From Stegostoma tigrinum (lineage: Eukaryota), in the NCBI RefSeq assembly GCF_030684315.1, contig NC_081387.1, positions 21,756,647-21,820,646 of the forward strand: DNA of 64,000 nt, read 5' to 3'. Each line of letters starts with the position of its first letter. Within the stretch, counting starts at the first letter, position 1. The notes below the pieces were generated by a model. It ran no database searches. It saw nothing but the letters and a program-made list of their open reading frames with translations, and was not told the origin of the DNA. Position numbers and translations under genes: made by a program. Positions 47,601-57,975 of this stretch are shown in pieces.

Positions 47601-50363
47601 TGCGATTTCTCCACTCAACTTTCCAAATGGTAACTCTATTCATTGACCATTTTCTCCAGAACTCCCACCAATTTTCACGTTATCTGCAAATGTACTAATC
47701 AGACCACCTACATTTTCATCCAAATAATTTATATATACTACAAACAACTGAGGTCCCAGCACTGATCCTTGTGGAACACTACTGATCACTGTTCTCCAAT
47801 CAGTAAAATACCCCCCCCCCCCCCACAACTACTCTCTGTCTTCCAAGATCAAAGCCAATTTTGTATCCGACTTACCAACTCACCCTAGATCCCATGTGCC
47901 TTAATCTTCTGGTCCAGCCTATCATGAAGACCTTGTAAAATGCTTTGGTAAAGTGCATGTAGACAACATCCACTGCCCACCCCCCTCAATTATCATTGCC
48001 ACCTCCTCAAAAAATTCAAATTTGTGAGACAAGATCTCCCTTGAATTAAGCCATGATGACTATCCTGAAAAAGTCAATTTTTCTCCAGACACGAGTGAAT
48101 CCTGCCCCTAAGAACTTTCTCCAATAATTTCCCTATCACTGATAAAAAACTCACCAGCCTATAGTTTCCTGCATTATCCCTGTTGCATTTCTTAAACAAT
48201 GAAAGAATCTTAGCTATTATCCAGTTGTCTGGGACCCTGCCTGTGGCTAAAGAGGGTACAAACATCTCTGTCAAGGTCCTATCAAACTCCTCCATTGCCC
48301 CCTTCAGTGTCCCAGATCCCGTCAGACCCTGGGAACTTATCTGCCCTAATGTTTTACCAACACCAGCTTTTTCAAATTGACAAGCCCCAGAATATCAACG
48401 TACCCCCCTCTCATCTTACCATGATCCATGTCCCTCTACTTGGTGAATGCTGGTGGAAAGTATGCATTGAGGAACAACCCCACTTCCTGTGGCTCCACAC
48501 ACAAATTCCTACCTTTGTCCTTGAGTGGACCTACCCTTTCCTGAGCTACCCCTTGCTCCTAATATATGTATAAAATGCCTTGGGATTCTCCCTAATCGTA
48601 CAAGCCAAGGACACCTCATGGTGCCTTCTGTCCTTACTAATTTTGTGTTTAAGTTCTTTTCAGCCTGCTTTGTACTTTGCAAGACCTCAAGTGATGCTGA
48701 CAGCTGCTGAATGCATGTGTAGGGGGGTGGCGGCAGGGTTGTAGGTAGTGGTTATTTGTCCCAGAATGAGTCAAGCTGTGTTGGTGGTGCATGAGTGGGG
48801 TGCTGCTGCTGGTGCTGGTGGTTGTGGTTGAAGAAAATGTTCAACGATCCTTTAACTTCAATTCTCTGTGTTTTCAGCTGCCGAAAGGGTCATCGCTGCT
48901 GCAGGTGAGGAGGGGTTTTCTGGTCACTTTGACACGCTCTTCCCCCATTTCCTGGGAATCACGCTGGGAGTTCTGTTCCACTCCCTTCAGGTTTAAGACA
49001 ACCAGAACTCTGTCTTTGATGGGGAGTTAAACTATGAAGGTCATCCTTTGAGAAGTGCAGTTTAAGGTCGCAGAGCGTCATGTAAAGAGCAGGAGAATTC
49101 TCCAGCCAATCATTCATCCCTCGACGCATTAAAACCTGGCACAGTCTCCTCAGGTGCTGGTCAAGTTTGTACACACCCTGTCTCTATGGCCCTGATCATG
49201 CACATTAACTGTTGAACTGATTTTTGGTACTTTTAAAAAAAAAAAAAAAGTTGCTTCTATTGTAACTCCCTCAATAACGTGTTCTGGGGGAAGAGTTCCA
49301 GATCTTCACTCTCCTTTGTGTGAAAAATTGCCTCCTGTTGTAGCCCGAACAGCCTTGTTTAGGATTTGAGATTCTGTCCTTCTGTACCCTGCCCCCAACA
49401 CAACCAGACGGAATTGCTTCTCCCTCTCTCCCTCCGATCAAATCCTTTAACTATATTAAATATGTCAGTTGGAACATTCCTTCAGTTTCTATATTTATGA
49501 TATATAAGACCAGATCTATTTAATCTTGTTCACTACTTCAGTTGTATTTTGGTGGAACTGTGATGCATCCACCCCAAGGCGACCAAAGCCTCTTTCTGTA
49601 TTGGTGCCCAGAACTGTGTGGTATATGGGACTTGATAGAATCTCAATCCATTTCAACATCCTTTTCTACCGTAGGGAAAAGGCAATGGACTGATGGGGTA
49701 ACTCTACCAAAGAGCCGTTACACTCACCATAGGCTGAATGGCCCCCTCCTATGCTGTGGTTCTTTACACGTTCTCCAGTTGCACACTCACACCAGTGATT
49801 TCTGGAGAATGCTGAAAGTTGACCTGTGACTTCCTTTTGTGTTGACAGTACCTGTGACCTATGACCCAGAGACCGCCAACCCCTACCTGATAATCTCAGA
49901 GGACCAGCTGACCGTGACATTCAGTGAAAATTGGCAGGACCTTCCGGAAAGCCCAAAGAGGTTCATCTCCCAGCTCTTTGTGACTGCAAAAGAAGGGTAC
50001 AAGAGTGGGAGCCAATACTGGGAGGTGCTGGTGGGCAACAAGCCTGACTGGGATCTGGGAGTGGTCAAGGGATCCGTCTCCAGGAAAGACTGGATCACAC
50101 TGAGCCCGGAGAACGGGTATTGGACCATCGGGAAGCGGGGTGATGCCTACGAGACCCATGAAGCGGAGCCTGTAAAACTTGAGTACAGGAGGATTGCTTC
50201 GAAAATTGGCATCTACCTGAACTACAAGGAGGGGACAGTTCATTTCTATGATGCTGACTGCATGGTGCAAATCTGCAGCTTCACAGCAGAATTCACAGAG
50301 GAAATCTACCCATTCTTCAGCCCCTGGGGATCCCAACAGGGGATGACAATCTGCCCCCTTTAA
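32595..50363 (+). CDS. Butyrophilin-like gene B (SP-IgV-IgC-TM-juxtamembrane micro-exons-B30.2), about 493 aa
   Basis: join(32595-32652,35435-35788,38338-38622,39864-39983,40765-40791,42842-42868,44489-44509,45004-45024,46273-46299,48878-48904,49849-50363) = 1482 nt, open frame, all introns GT-AG phase 1. Confidence 0.9.
35435..35788 (+). CDS. Gene B IgV exon
   Basis: DVFRVTGPEAPVIATVGGVAVLECQL..MEIQW..YHGRTEF..GNISLRL..DEGDYLCMV; A|gtaagt donor. Confidence 0.95.
36711..38215 (-). mobile_element. 5'-truncated CR1 LINE (RT domain to 3' end) in gene B intron
   Basis: SQHGF..RSCL, VDVVYMDFSKAFDKVSH, LYKTLVRPH..YCVQFW motifs; same family as 15575-16650. Confidence 0.92.
38338..38622 (+). CDS. 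Gene B IgC exon
   Basis: LGQRPVIRLDGYQKDGIGLQCASSSWYPLPVMHWED..DGLYRVSSSI..FRCLV..LRIP. Confidence 0.93.
39864..39983 (+). CDS. Gene B transmembrane exon
   Basis: DEFFPRMSRFFTAFILFLILLFGLLAAAGYYQYKQQKHIK; 120 nt. Confidence 0.92.
40067..40160 (-). mobile_element. PLE family 1 3'-end fragment in gene B intron
   Basis: Matches arms at 13208 and 56896; includes an intact hammerhead core. Confidence 0.85.
40131..40158 (-). ncRNA. Minimal type I hammerhead ribozyme core (PLE-associated)
   Basis: Minus strand CUGAUGA-A-GGGU-CCAG-GCCC-GAAAC-GUC; helix I is weak, so monomeric activity is uncertain. Confidence 0.65.
40765..40791 (+). CDS. Gene B micro-exon 1 (27 nt, ELNERPTIK)
   Basis: tttcag acceptor, G|gtatgt donor. 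Confidence 0.85.
42842..42868 (+). CDS. Gene B micro-exon 2 (27 nt, EYVELCNQS)
   Basis: ttgcag acceptor, A|gtaaga donor. Confidence 0.8.
44489..44509 (+). CDS. Gene B micro-exon 3 (21 nt, NDLENNI)
   Basis: tttttcag acceptor, G|gtgagt donor. Confidence 0.8.
44725..44885. repeat. Degenerate about 36-40 bp minisatellite between micro-exons 3 and 4 of gene B
   Basis: Recurring (ggtcca)ggcagagatctgatccagat-like unit, about 4-5 copies. Confidence 0.6.
45004..45024 (+). CDS. Gene B micro-exon 4 (21 nt, ESATANL)
   Basis: Long T tract with cacag acceptor, G|gtaagt donor. Confidence 0.8.
   Translation, partial: RVRLLT
45520..45720. mobile_element. Old hairpin element, probable PLE 3' end (family 3)
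   Basis: aaagtcagaagtc..aacaggtttatttgaa inverted against ttcaaataaacctgtt..gacttctgacttt; minus-strand CTGATGAAGCAGC remnant near the loop. Confidence 0.65.
46273..46299 (+). CDS. Gene B micro-exon 5 (27 nt, DLEKRLCQT)
   Basis: ttacag acceptor, G|gtaagg donor. Confidence 0.8.
46820..48690 (-). mobile_element. CR1 LINE fragment (RT) in gene B intron
   Basis: GRVPDNWIIAKILSLFKK..NYRLVS, SVPQGSVLGPQLF..STFADNVKIGG motifs. Confidence 0.9.
48878..48904 (+). CDS. Gene B micro-exon 6 (27 nt, AAERVIAAA)
   Basis: ttttcag acceptor, G|gtgagg donor. Confidence 0.85.
49849..50363 (+). CDS. Gene B B30.2 (PRY-SPRY) terminal exon
   Basis: VPVTYDPETANPYLIISED..DLPESPKRF..GSQYWEV..WDLGV..SPENGYW..KIGIYLNYKEGTVHFY..IYPFFSP..TICPL*. 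Confidence 0.95.
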
Positions 50364-51449
50364 TTCCCCGTTCTCCAGCCCCGAACAGCTCTGATGCACG
50401 GGGCCTTGGACAAGATCGCGAAGGAGCGAAACTAATTCACTTTTTGCAAAGGGGAAGAGATTGTGATAAGTGATACAGGCATTGCCATCTTGATTTGTAC
50501 ATGGTTTGCAAGATTCATCATGCTCAGTGAAGAGAATCAATGCTTGCACTTGTGCGAGTGACACAAGTAGTTTGTATATGTTGCTTGTGTGGCCCTGAAC
50601 TCATGTCCCACTCACCCTTCACAGGCCCATTCCCATCTTGAAGGTATTGACTTGAATGCTGATGGGGTAGACCAAAAATCAGTGCCATAAATTGAAATTA
50701 GTTCCTAATAAATCCAAATGGAGCAATTGAAATGAGTAGTAACATACTTAAGGGGAAGCTGAGTAAACACATGAGTGGCTGAGATTGTGCAGATGTAAAA
50801 GGGGATGATGATGCATTTCTAATGACTAGCAATCTAATTAATGCTCTTGGGACACAGGTTTCTATCCCAGTCTCTGCTTGAGCAATAAATGCCCCTTTAT
50901 AAAACACTAATGCATTTGCTTCTTCTGTAAAGCAGTTCAGGGTCAGTGAAGTTGAATGTTCAACTAAACTCAGATTAAGTTATGGATAAAGTTAGAAACA
51001 TGGCGTATATGAAGCACTGGAAGTGGCAGTTTTGTACCTTTTGTGTTGAATTTCAGCTCCTCTGGGGATTTCAATTCAAAAGACAATTCCTACCTGCTCC
51101 AAAAGCCAATGGTTCTTAACGAGAGACCTTTCATTCAATTTACGTCAACTTTTGATGCCCCAGTCTCTCACTCTCTCTGCCATCTTGGCCATTAGCCCAA
51201 TCTGCTCCTCATCCCTGCCCTGTAATTCTAGAGGATTCCGATGTGATGGACAGTTGGTTTAACCATTTGTCATATGATCTTGCTGAATTACATAAACCGT
51301 GGCAGTATTGGTTCCTTGCTTTTATCTCTCAAAAGCACTCATGATTCCAGGCAACATTCCCTCTTAGCCAACTGCTGTCTCTTGGTGACACCATCCACCA
51401 AGAGAATTAGCTCTCTGCCTTAACACTGACAACACCCGGCTCTCCCTAA

Positions 51450-52430
51450 ATGCCCAGCACTCTTGACCCTCCTACAGTGCTAAATTATCATGCAGCTTGT
51501 TGAACTTCCAGTACTGGGTGAGCAAGAACATTCTGCCCAATTAAATATTGGGAAGACCAAACCCATTGTTTTTCTTCCACTCCAAACACAGTTCCTGAGT
51601 TACCAACTCCTTCTGTCACCTTGATAACAGTCTCTGATAATGCCAGTTTGCTCACGATTTGACCCGAAGGTGAGATTCCAAGCAACTCTCCCCAAGGCTG
51701 CCTAATTCCATCTCACTCTGTTTTTCACTCCAGGGCCAGGAATCATGAAGTCAAATTTAACATCAAGTTGGCTTCCTGTCAAATGCTTGCAAGGATAATA
51801 GAGATAGTCAGTCACTGGGTCGAAAGCACCTAATTCCACACTCATCTCAGCTCATCTGCTGTTGAAACCTTCATGCTCACAATCGTGACCTCTGGGCTCG
51901 ATTATTTCAGTGCACTCCGAGCTAGTTTCCCCCATGTTCTATGCTTCATTAACTTGAGATTGACCACAAAACTGTAAAGGGTCCTTTTAATTACAGTAAA
52001 TCCCGTCATCCTCTTACCCCAGTTCTTGCTGACCTTCTTCATTGACTCCCAGGTTTTAAAATTCTCAACATTGTTTTCAGATCCCTCCATCTGCCACCAA
52101 CCCTTTCCATCTCTACATGCTCCCGCAGCCCCGGGAACCCCTCAAAAACCCCATAAGATGTCTTTGTACTTCTTGTTCTGGCCTCTTGAAAGTTGATATT
52201 GCTTTTAATTGCGTCATCATTAGGGATCATGCAATCAGAAGTCATGGTCTCTCTTCCACCTCTAAGCCCTCTGCCACATTTTCGAAAATCAAGACACCTC
52301 TTAAAATCCTGCTGACTGAACAAATGGCCATCTGACATAATTACCCAGATGTGCTAAATGCTGAATTTTGTACATTTGCTGCCCTGTGAAGTGCCTTTTG
52401 ATCTTTTATTGCATAAAATATGTTATATAA
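51450..52430 (+). mobile_element. Degraded L2-type LINE fragments
   Basis: SETALxKV-like and ETL..VTS.LDY.N-like remnants; related pieces at about 26830-26930(-) and 46040-46140(-). Confidence 0.55.
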
Positions 52431-53071
52431 ATTTGAATTTTAATCATTGTGAACTTTTAAGGACTACACTGCATAGTTTTTATTAAAACAGAAATGAATT
52501 TCCACAGCTGGGAAGTCTCCTCTGTTCTCCTGCATTTGCACTGAAACACAACAGTTAGTTCCGTTCGTGGGAAAAGCCACCTTACTGATTTTCCAGGATT
52601 GATCCAAACTCTCCTGGAATTAGGATCCTGCGGACAGGGTGTGAAATAGTTCATTGGGCTCATGTAAAGAATTGATTTCAATCGACTGGTTATGAAAATG
52701 TGGGGGATGCTTAACATCCAATTGGCTGGCTGGAGACAGGGAGTTGCTGTGAGGATAGATATAGTGGGTGATGGGAGAGAGAGTTTGGGAGATAGCGGGA
52801 CAGTTATGTGATGAAACCCCCAGGAATACATTCAAGCTATGCCCATGTCTTCATGGTGAATGGCTTGTTGGTTAGCTCAGTTCGCTTGATGGCAGGTTTG
52901 AGATGCAGAGTGATGCTAAATTTGATTTGTTCTCAGTAAACCCGATGCTATTAGGGAGGCAGTTCCACAATACCGCACACAGTGACAATGAAGGAGCACT
53001 GATATAGTTCCGTATCAGATGGTGAGTGGTTTAGAGTTAAATATTCTGACCGCTTTCCTGACTGCATAGTT

Positions 53072-54540
53072 TACACTGACGGGAATAACAAGTGATTGTG
53101 CAAGCAGTGTCTCTGATTTATGCATGCTCAGACATGATTGGATTCCCTTAAGTTACATTTGCAGGTGGCAGTGTTCCTTTGCTTACAGACAATGGTAGAA
53201 TGGCAGAGTAGGTTGGGAAATAAGATGCACAGGGATCTTTTAAACAGAACAAAGAAATGAAGAGATTTGAACAGAGAGGGCAGGACTAATGGTGAAATGA
53301 GGAATGATCTAGGATCTTAAGGAAGTGATGGGGTGGAAACCCAAAGGTTGTTTCCTCTTGCAGGTTGTGGGTGGAAAGACTAAAACTATGCAACATAGTA
53401 TAAGAATGAAAAGTCTCCCTTTAAAGATCAAGAGCAGAATTCCTTTTTGAGGATCATTGAAATGAGGAATTGTCTTCCCAAGAATAAACAGGTGGCTGAG
53501 TCATTAAAATTATTCAAAGTTGAATTTGATAGATTTTTCATAGGCAAGGAAGTGAAAGGTTAAACTATGCAGTCAGGAAAGTGGAGGTGAGATCTCATTG
53601 AATGTCAGAACAGCTTGATAGGCCAGGTGACCTATTCCTGCGCTTAAGTCCTTTGTTCCTATGTGTGTTCTATCCCATCATTCACAAAGAAGTGAAAAAC
53701 AGTAACAGAAGCCATGGTTTTAGAGGAAATATACATAAAATTTAAATTAATCTCTGGGCTTCGATTGTTCCTGAGCTGAGACAGAGACAAAGACGTGGTT
53801 CAGACAGAGATTCGGAATGAGCATTCTGCTCCCTCTTACTCTTTCCTCTCCACCCTCCTGATTCATACTTTCCCTCATAGGATATTAATAGGAAAAGACA
53901 GGTTAGTTCGAGATATAACCCCTTCCACTGCATTGCCATTCTAAACCTACCTGGCACAGAGTGAGCATTAGGGTCAAAATTCAGGAGAAATATTGGGCAG
54001 CACTTCAATGCACAAAGGTGCGCAGAGATTTTTGGAACTCTCTTCCACTTATGGAAGTGGATGCAGAATCAGTTGTTAATTTTAAACCTGAGGTAGATCT
54101 TTTTTTCGGAAGCAAGGGTATGATGGGTTATGGGCCAAAGTTAGCTATATGGAGTTACACCACAAATCAGCCATTATTTCATTCAATGGTGGAAATAATT
54201 TGCGGGGATGAATTGTCTACTCTGTTTCTGTACTCCTGTAATTACCACTTCCCTTTAATAGTGTGTTATTTTAGTAATCCAGAGGCCTAGTTTAATATAC
54301 GGAGTATGTGAGCATAAATAGCATTATTTAAAGTGATGACACTTGTAAAATTCCAACTTGATCATTCATGTCCATCAGAAATTGAAAGCTGCTGTCCTGA
54401 ATTTCGATCCTCAGGCTCATATAGCACCTACAACAAACAATATGGTTCATACACTGACGGGAATCACAAGTGATTGTGCAAGCAGTGTCTCTGATTTATG
54501 CATGCTCAGACATGATTGGATTCCCTTAAGTTACATTTGC
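53072..54540. repeat. 91-bp direct repeat pair (53072-53162 and 54450-54540), one mismatch
   Basis: tacactgacgggaat(a/c)acaagtg...ccttaagttacatttgc occurs twice, 1378 bp apart. Confidence 0.95.
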
Positions 54541-54784
54541 CATAATATCCACATTTTATTTAACAGGGGCAAACCTGAATCACGGAAAGAACCATTTTGT
54601 ATTGACCTGTATTTCGGTTCTTTTAAGTGACTGTGCAACAACTCAAGCATGAACATGTTTGACCAGAGCAATATACCCTTCTGGCACTCTCAATGGACCA
54701 ACAATCAGCTGCATTCAACACTGCAGGTTATCCTGAAAAGACAGACATGTTTCTAAAGCTTTCCATCTTGCATTTAACATCAGG

Positions 54785-55545
54785 ACAACATAGAACAGTC
54801 TGGCACAGAAATAGGCTCTTTTGTCCATCATGTCTGTGCTGCCTGTAACGCTATTCTAAACTAATCCCTCTGCCCAGACAAAGTCCATCCCCCTGTATTC
54901 CCTGCCTGTTCATGTGTCTGTGTAAATACCTAATAAATTTTACCGTCGTATCTGCTCCTCCGACCTCTCCTAGCAGCGCGTTGCCTGTATCTACCACTGC
55001 CTGTCTAAAAAACTTACCTCACACATCTCCTTCAATCTTACCCACTCTCATCTTAAACCTATCCCTCAGAGCATTTGTCATTTAAGTTATGGGAAAGAGA
55101 CTCCAACTATCCACCATATCCATGCCCCATAATTTTAGATACTTGTCCCGGGTTGCTCCTCAGCCTCCAATGCTCTGGTGTAAACAATCCAAATTTGTCT
55201 AACGCCTCCTTCAAGCTAATACACTCCAATCCAGGCAACATCCTGGTAAACCTCTTCCGCACTCTCTCCAGATCCTTCCACATCCTTCCTATAGTCGGTG
55301 ACCAGAACTGCGCACAGTATATTTGGCTTGCCTAAAGTCTTAAACAGTTGCAACATGACTTGACAATGTCCACACTGATTCAGTCAACCATGCTGTATGC
55401 CTTCATCAGCACCTTATCCACTTGTGTTACCACTATCAGGGAACTATTAACTTATACCCTGAAATCCCTCAGAAAAACAATGCTTCTCAGGATCAGGCCA
55501 TTTCCTGAATTTCACTTCCCAAAATGCATCACCTCACAGTTGTCT
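54785..55545 (-). mobile_element. CR1 LINE 3' fragment
   Basis: Homologous to 46820-47580. Confidence 0.8.
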
Positions 55546-56409
55546 CGAGAATAAGATGCTGATTGGTTGGGAAGTTGATCATGAGCAGGGGTTCTCTTGG
55601 AGCTCCGGTTCTTATAGTAGGGAATTCATTGGCATGAAAATCAGACAAGGGTAAAATCAACTTCTCACCTAACCTCATCAGTATCTTTAAAGTTAGCTCT
55701 GGGTCAAATTTCCCTCTGAACTCAAAGAGAAGGGCAAAGAGTTGCAAATGGGGTTCAATTCAGAAAAGTGGCAAGAAAAGCAGGGGAACATATGACAAAC
55801 AGTAGGATGCTGAAAACTAAAGAAAAGCAGAAGAACAGAAACAATTGCTGGAGAAACTCAACAGGAATGAGAACATCTAAAGAGAGACAGCAAAGTCAAT
55901 GTTTCAGATCCTTTTTTCCATGACCCTTCTTCAGACGAGAAGAAGCTTGCTTTGCATGGCCACAATTCTCCGCAGCTGGCAGGGCTGCTAGGTGTTGTAG
56001 TTATAAGGTAATAAACAAAGAACAAAGGACATTACAGAATAGGAACAGGCCCTTCGGCCCGCCAAGACGACTTCAACACATGATACCTTTCTAAGTTAAA
56101 AACCTTTTGTCACTATGGGGTCCGTATCCCTCTATTCCTTGCCTGTTCATATATCTGAACAAGGAACACTTTATTTGCTGTAGCCCAGAGTGAAAAGCAG
56201 GGAGATTATGACTTTATCAACCTCTCCTAAAACTGCAGAGAGCTGTGTAAACTTTTGGAATTTATTACAGGAAGTGTGTGATCACACCAGTGAAGGTACA
56301 GAGGACATTTCAAACGGTGTTTTGGCGTGCATGCTTTTAACAACGAGACAGGTTTGTTTTGCTGCGGGAAGTTGATCAAATGTTTCAATATTGCACTGTT
56401 ACAGAGGGT

Positions 56410-56720
56410 GCAGGAGCATTGACGTTAAACTGACGAAAGCTCAGCTCAAAATTCTCCGGATTAAACTCAGAACTCCGTCCTCCCTATTTTTTATGAAGTT
56501 GACTCCCAAAAATTTATGGACGGAGGGAGTGGAGGTGACGTTAAATAGAAACTGAAAGACTCTGATCGATCTCTGCTACTTTATGTCGCCCTTCCCGAAT
56601 TTTGGATTTTCTTTTCTAGGTGAGTTTGGGTGTAATTTCAGCTCCAGTTTGTTTCAATGTAACTGACTCCGATCTCCCCCTCGACGGGGATCTCCTGGAT
56701 CTCGATGGGAATCTCCTGGG
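56410..56720 (+). promoter_or_regulatory. Putative promoter and non-coding first exon of gene C with ISRE, CRE-like and NF-kB sites
   Basis: TGACGTTA at 56420 and 56536; GAAACTGAAAG at 56548-56558; donor TAG|GTGAGT at 56619/56620; GGGGATCTCC 56686-56695 and GGGAATCTCC 56707-56716; local CpG enrichment. Confidence 0.6.
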
Positions 56721-56891
56721 ATCTCATACTCAGTCCCGGGGGAAAGTGGGACTCGGTCTCGGAAACGAGCAGAGGCCTGTCCCGGAGACTGGGGTGGCCG
56801 GGCTGTGTGAGGATGACAGTTCACAGACCCTGGTTGAAGGGAAGAGTGTGTCCCGGGGAGAGTGGGTGGTAAATGGTAACCTTCTGTTCCC

Positions 56892-57106
56892 TTAAATAAT
56901 AAAGTGTAGAGCTGGATGAACACAGCAGGCCAAGCAGCATCTCAGGAGCACAAAAGCTGACGTTTCGGGCCTAGACCCTTCATCAGAGAGGGTCTAGGCC
57001 CGAAACGTCAGCTTTTGTGCTCCTGAGATGCCGCTGGGCCTGCTGTGTTCATCTAGCTTCACACTTTATTATCTTGGATTCTCCAGCATCTGCAGTTCCC
57101 ATTATC
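56892..57106. mobile_element. Young hairpin PLE 3'-end insertion (family 1); 13-bp TSD
   Basis: Arms about 56896-56979 and 56989-57072; TSD ACCTTCTGTTCCC at 56879-56891 and 57107-57119. Confidence 0.92.
56959..56986 (-). ncRNA. Minimal type I hammerhead ribozyme core (PLE-associated)
   Basis: Minus strand CUGAUGA-A-GGGU-CUAG-GCCC-GAAAC-GUC, with palindromic ACGU in place of helix III. Confidence 0.7.
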
Positions 57107-57816
57107 ACCTTCTGTTCCCGTGTCGGGCTGGAGAATCTGGGAGTTCCCAGCTCCAAACGGATTCCCTCTGCGTGATCGGGATGGCCCTAGGTTTCGCTGA
57201 ACCAGCATCCCCAAGTTAGAACAGAATCCGCATCTTAAAAATAAAGGTCAAATTCGTGCGTCAGACCACCCGCTCCCCACCAATGCTCGTATGTCCCTCC
57301 AGGTTGTATCATGAGCACGTTATCGGGAATATTGAACAGTTTGGAGAAGGCAGCTCACTGGCCCAGTATTAGCTTGAATGGTGTGTTTTTACTCGCTCCT
57401 TTATATCAGGAGGGTGTGGGTTCAAGTCCTATCCAGGACATCACCTTCAAGCCACAGACTCTCATTCCAGTGCAGAACTGAACGACTGCTGCAGTATTGG
57501 GAGTGCGGTCGGTTCCACGAGACTTTATCTAAAATCTCTTTCGATCTCTTGGTGGGGCGGAAGTCATGGTTGTGTGCAGGTAGATCGAAAAGATCCCGTG
57601 GCCAGCATTTCAAAGACGAGTACCGAATAATTCTCAATGTCCTGGTCAATAGTTATCCCTCAATCAACACTCCATAACAATTTGCCTTGTTACCTGCATT
57701 CCAACATTGATTACAGATCAGAAGTTCGCTTCAGGATGTGGATGCAAGGTGCTATATAAATGCAAACCTCTCCGCTGAAGGATGTCAATATTACTAAGGA
57801 GCTTGGTAGGATTGGT

Positions 57817-57975
57817 AACAAAAACACAACTTGCTGGAAATCCTCAGCAGGTTCTGAACTGAAGAAGGGTCACTTTACTCTGTTTTCTCTCCCCACATGC
57901 TGCCAGGCCTGGTGAGCTTTCCGAGCACTTCCCGTTTTTGTTCCTGATTTCCACGATCCGCAGTTGTTTTGTTTT
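57817..57975 (+). mobile_element. Degraded hairpin PLE 3' end (family 2)
   Basis: Short inverted arm 57817-57856, truncated core CTGAAGAAGGGTCAC at 57859, tail ..gatttccacgatccgcagttgtttt; related copies at 39272-39400(+), 55825-55937(-), 23860-23950(+). Confidence 0.6.

Noticed and set aside
49849-50363. Gene B (or A) as a BTN3A1-type phosphoantigen sensor
   Set aside because: By my recollection of the BTN3A1 sequence, the basic pocket residues (His/His/Lys/Arg/Arg/Arg) align mostly to neutral or acidic residues here (for example WDLG for WHIG, YET for YRT, FFS for VFR). This needs a real alignment, and orthology cannot be claimed, so no gene symbol is given.
49896-50564. 222-aa antisense ORF
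   Set aside because: Shadow frame of the B30.2 exon with no independent coding signal.
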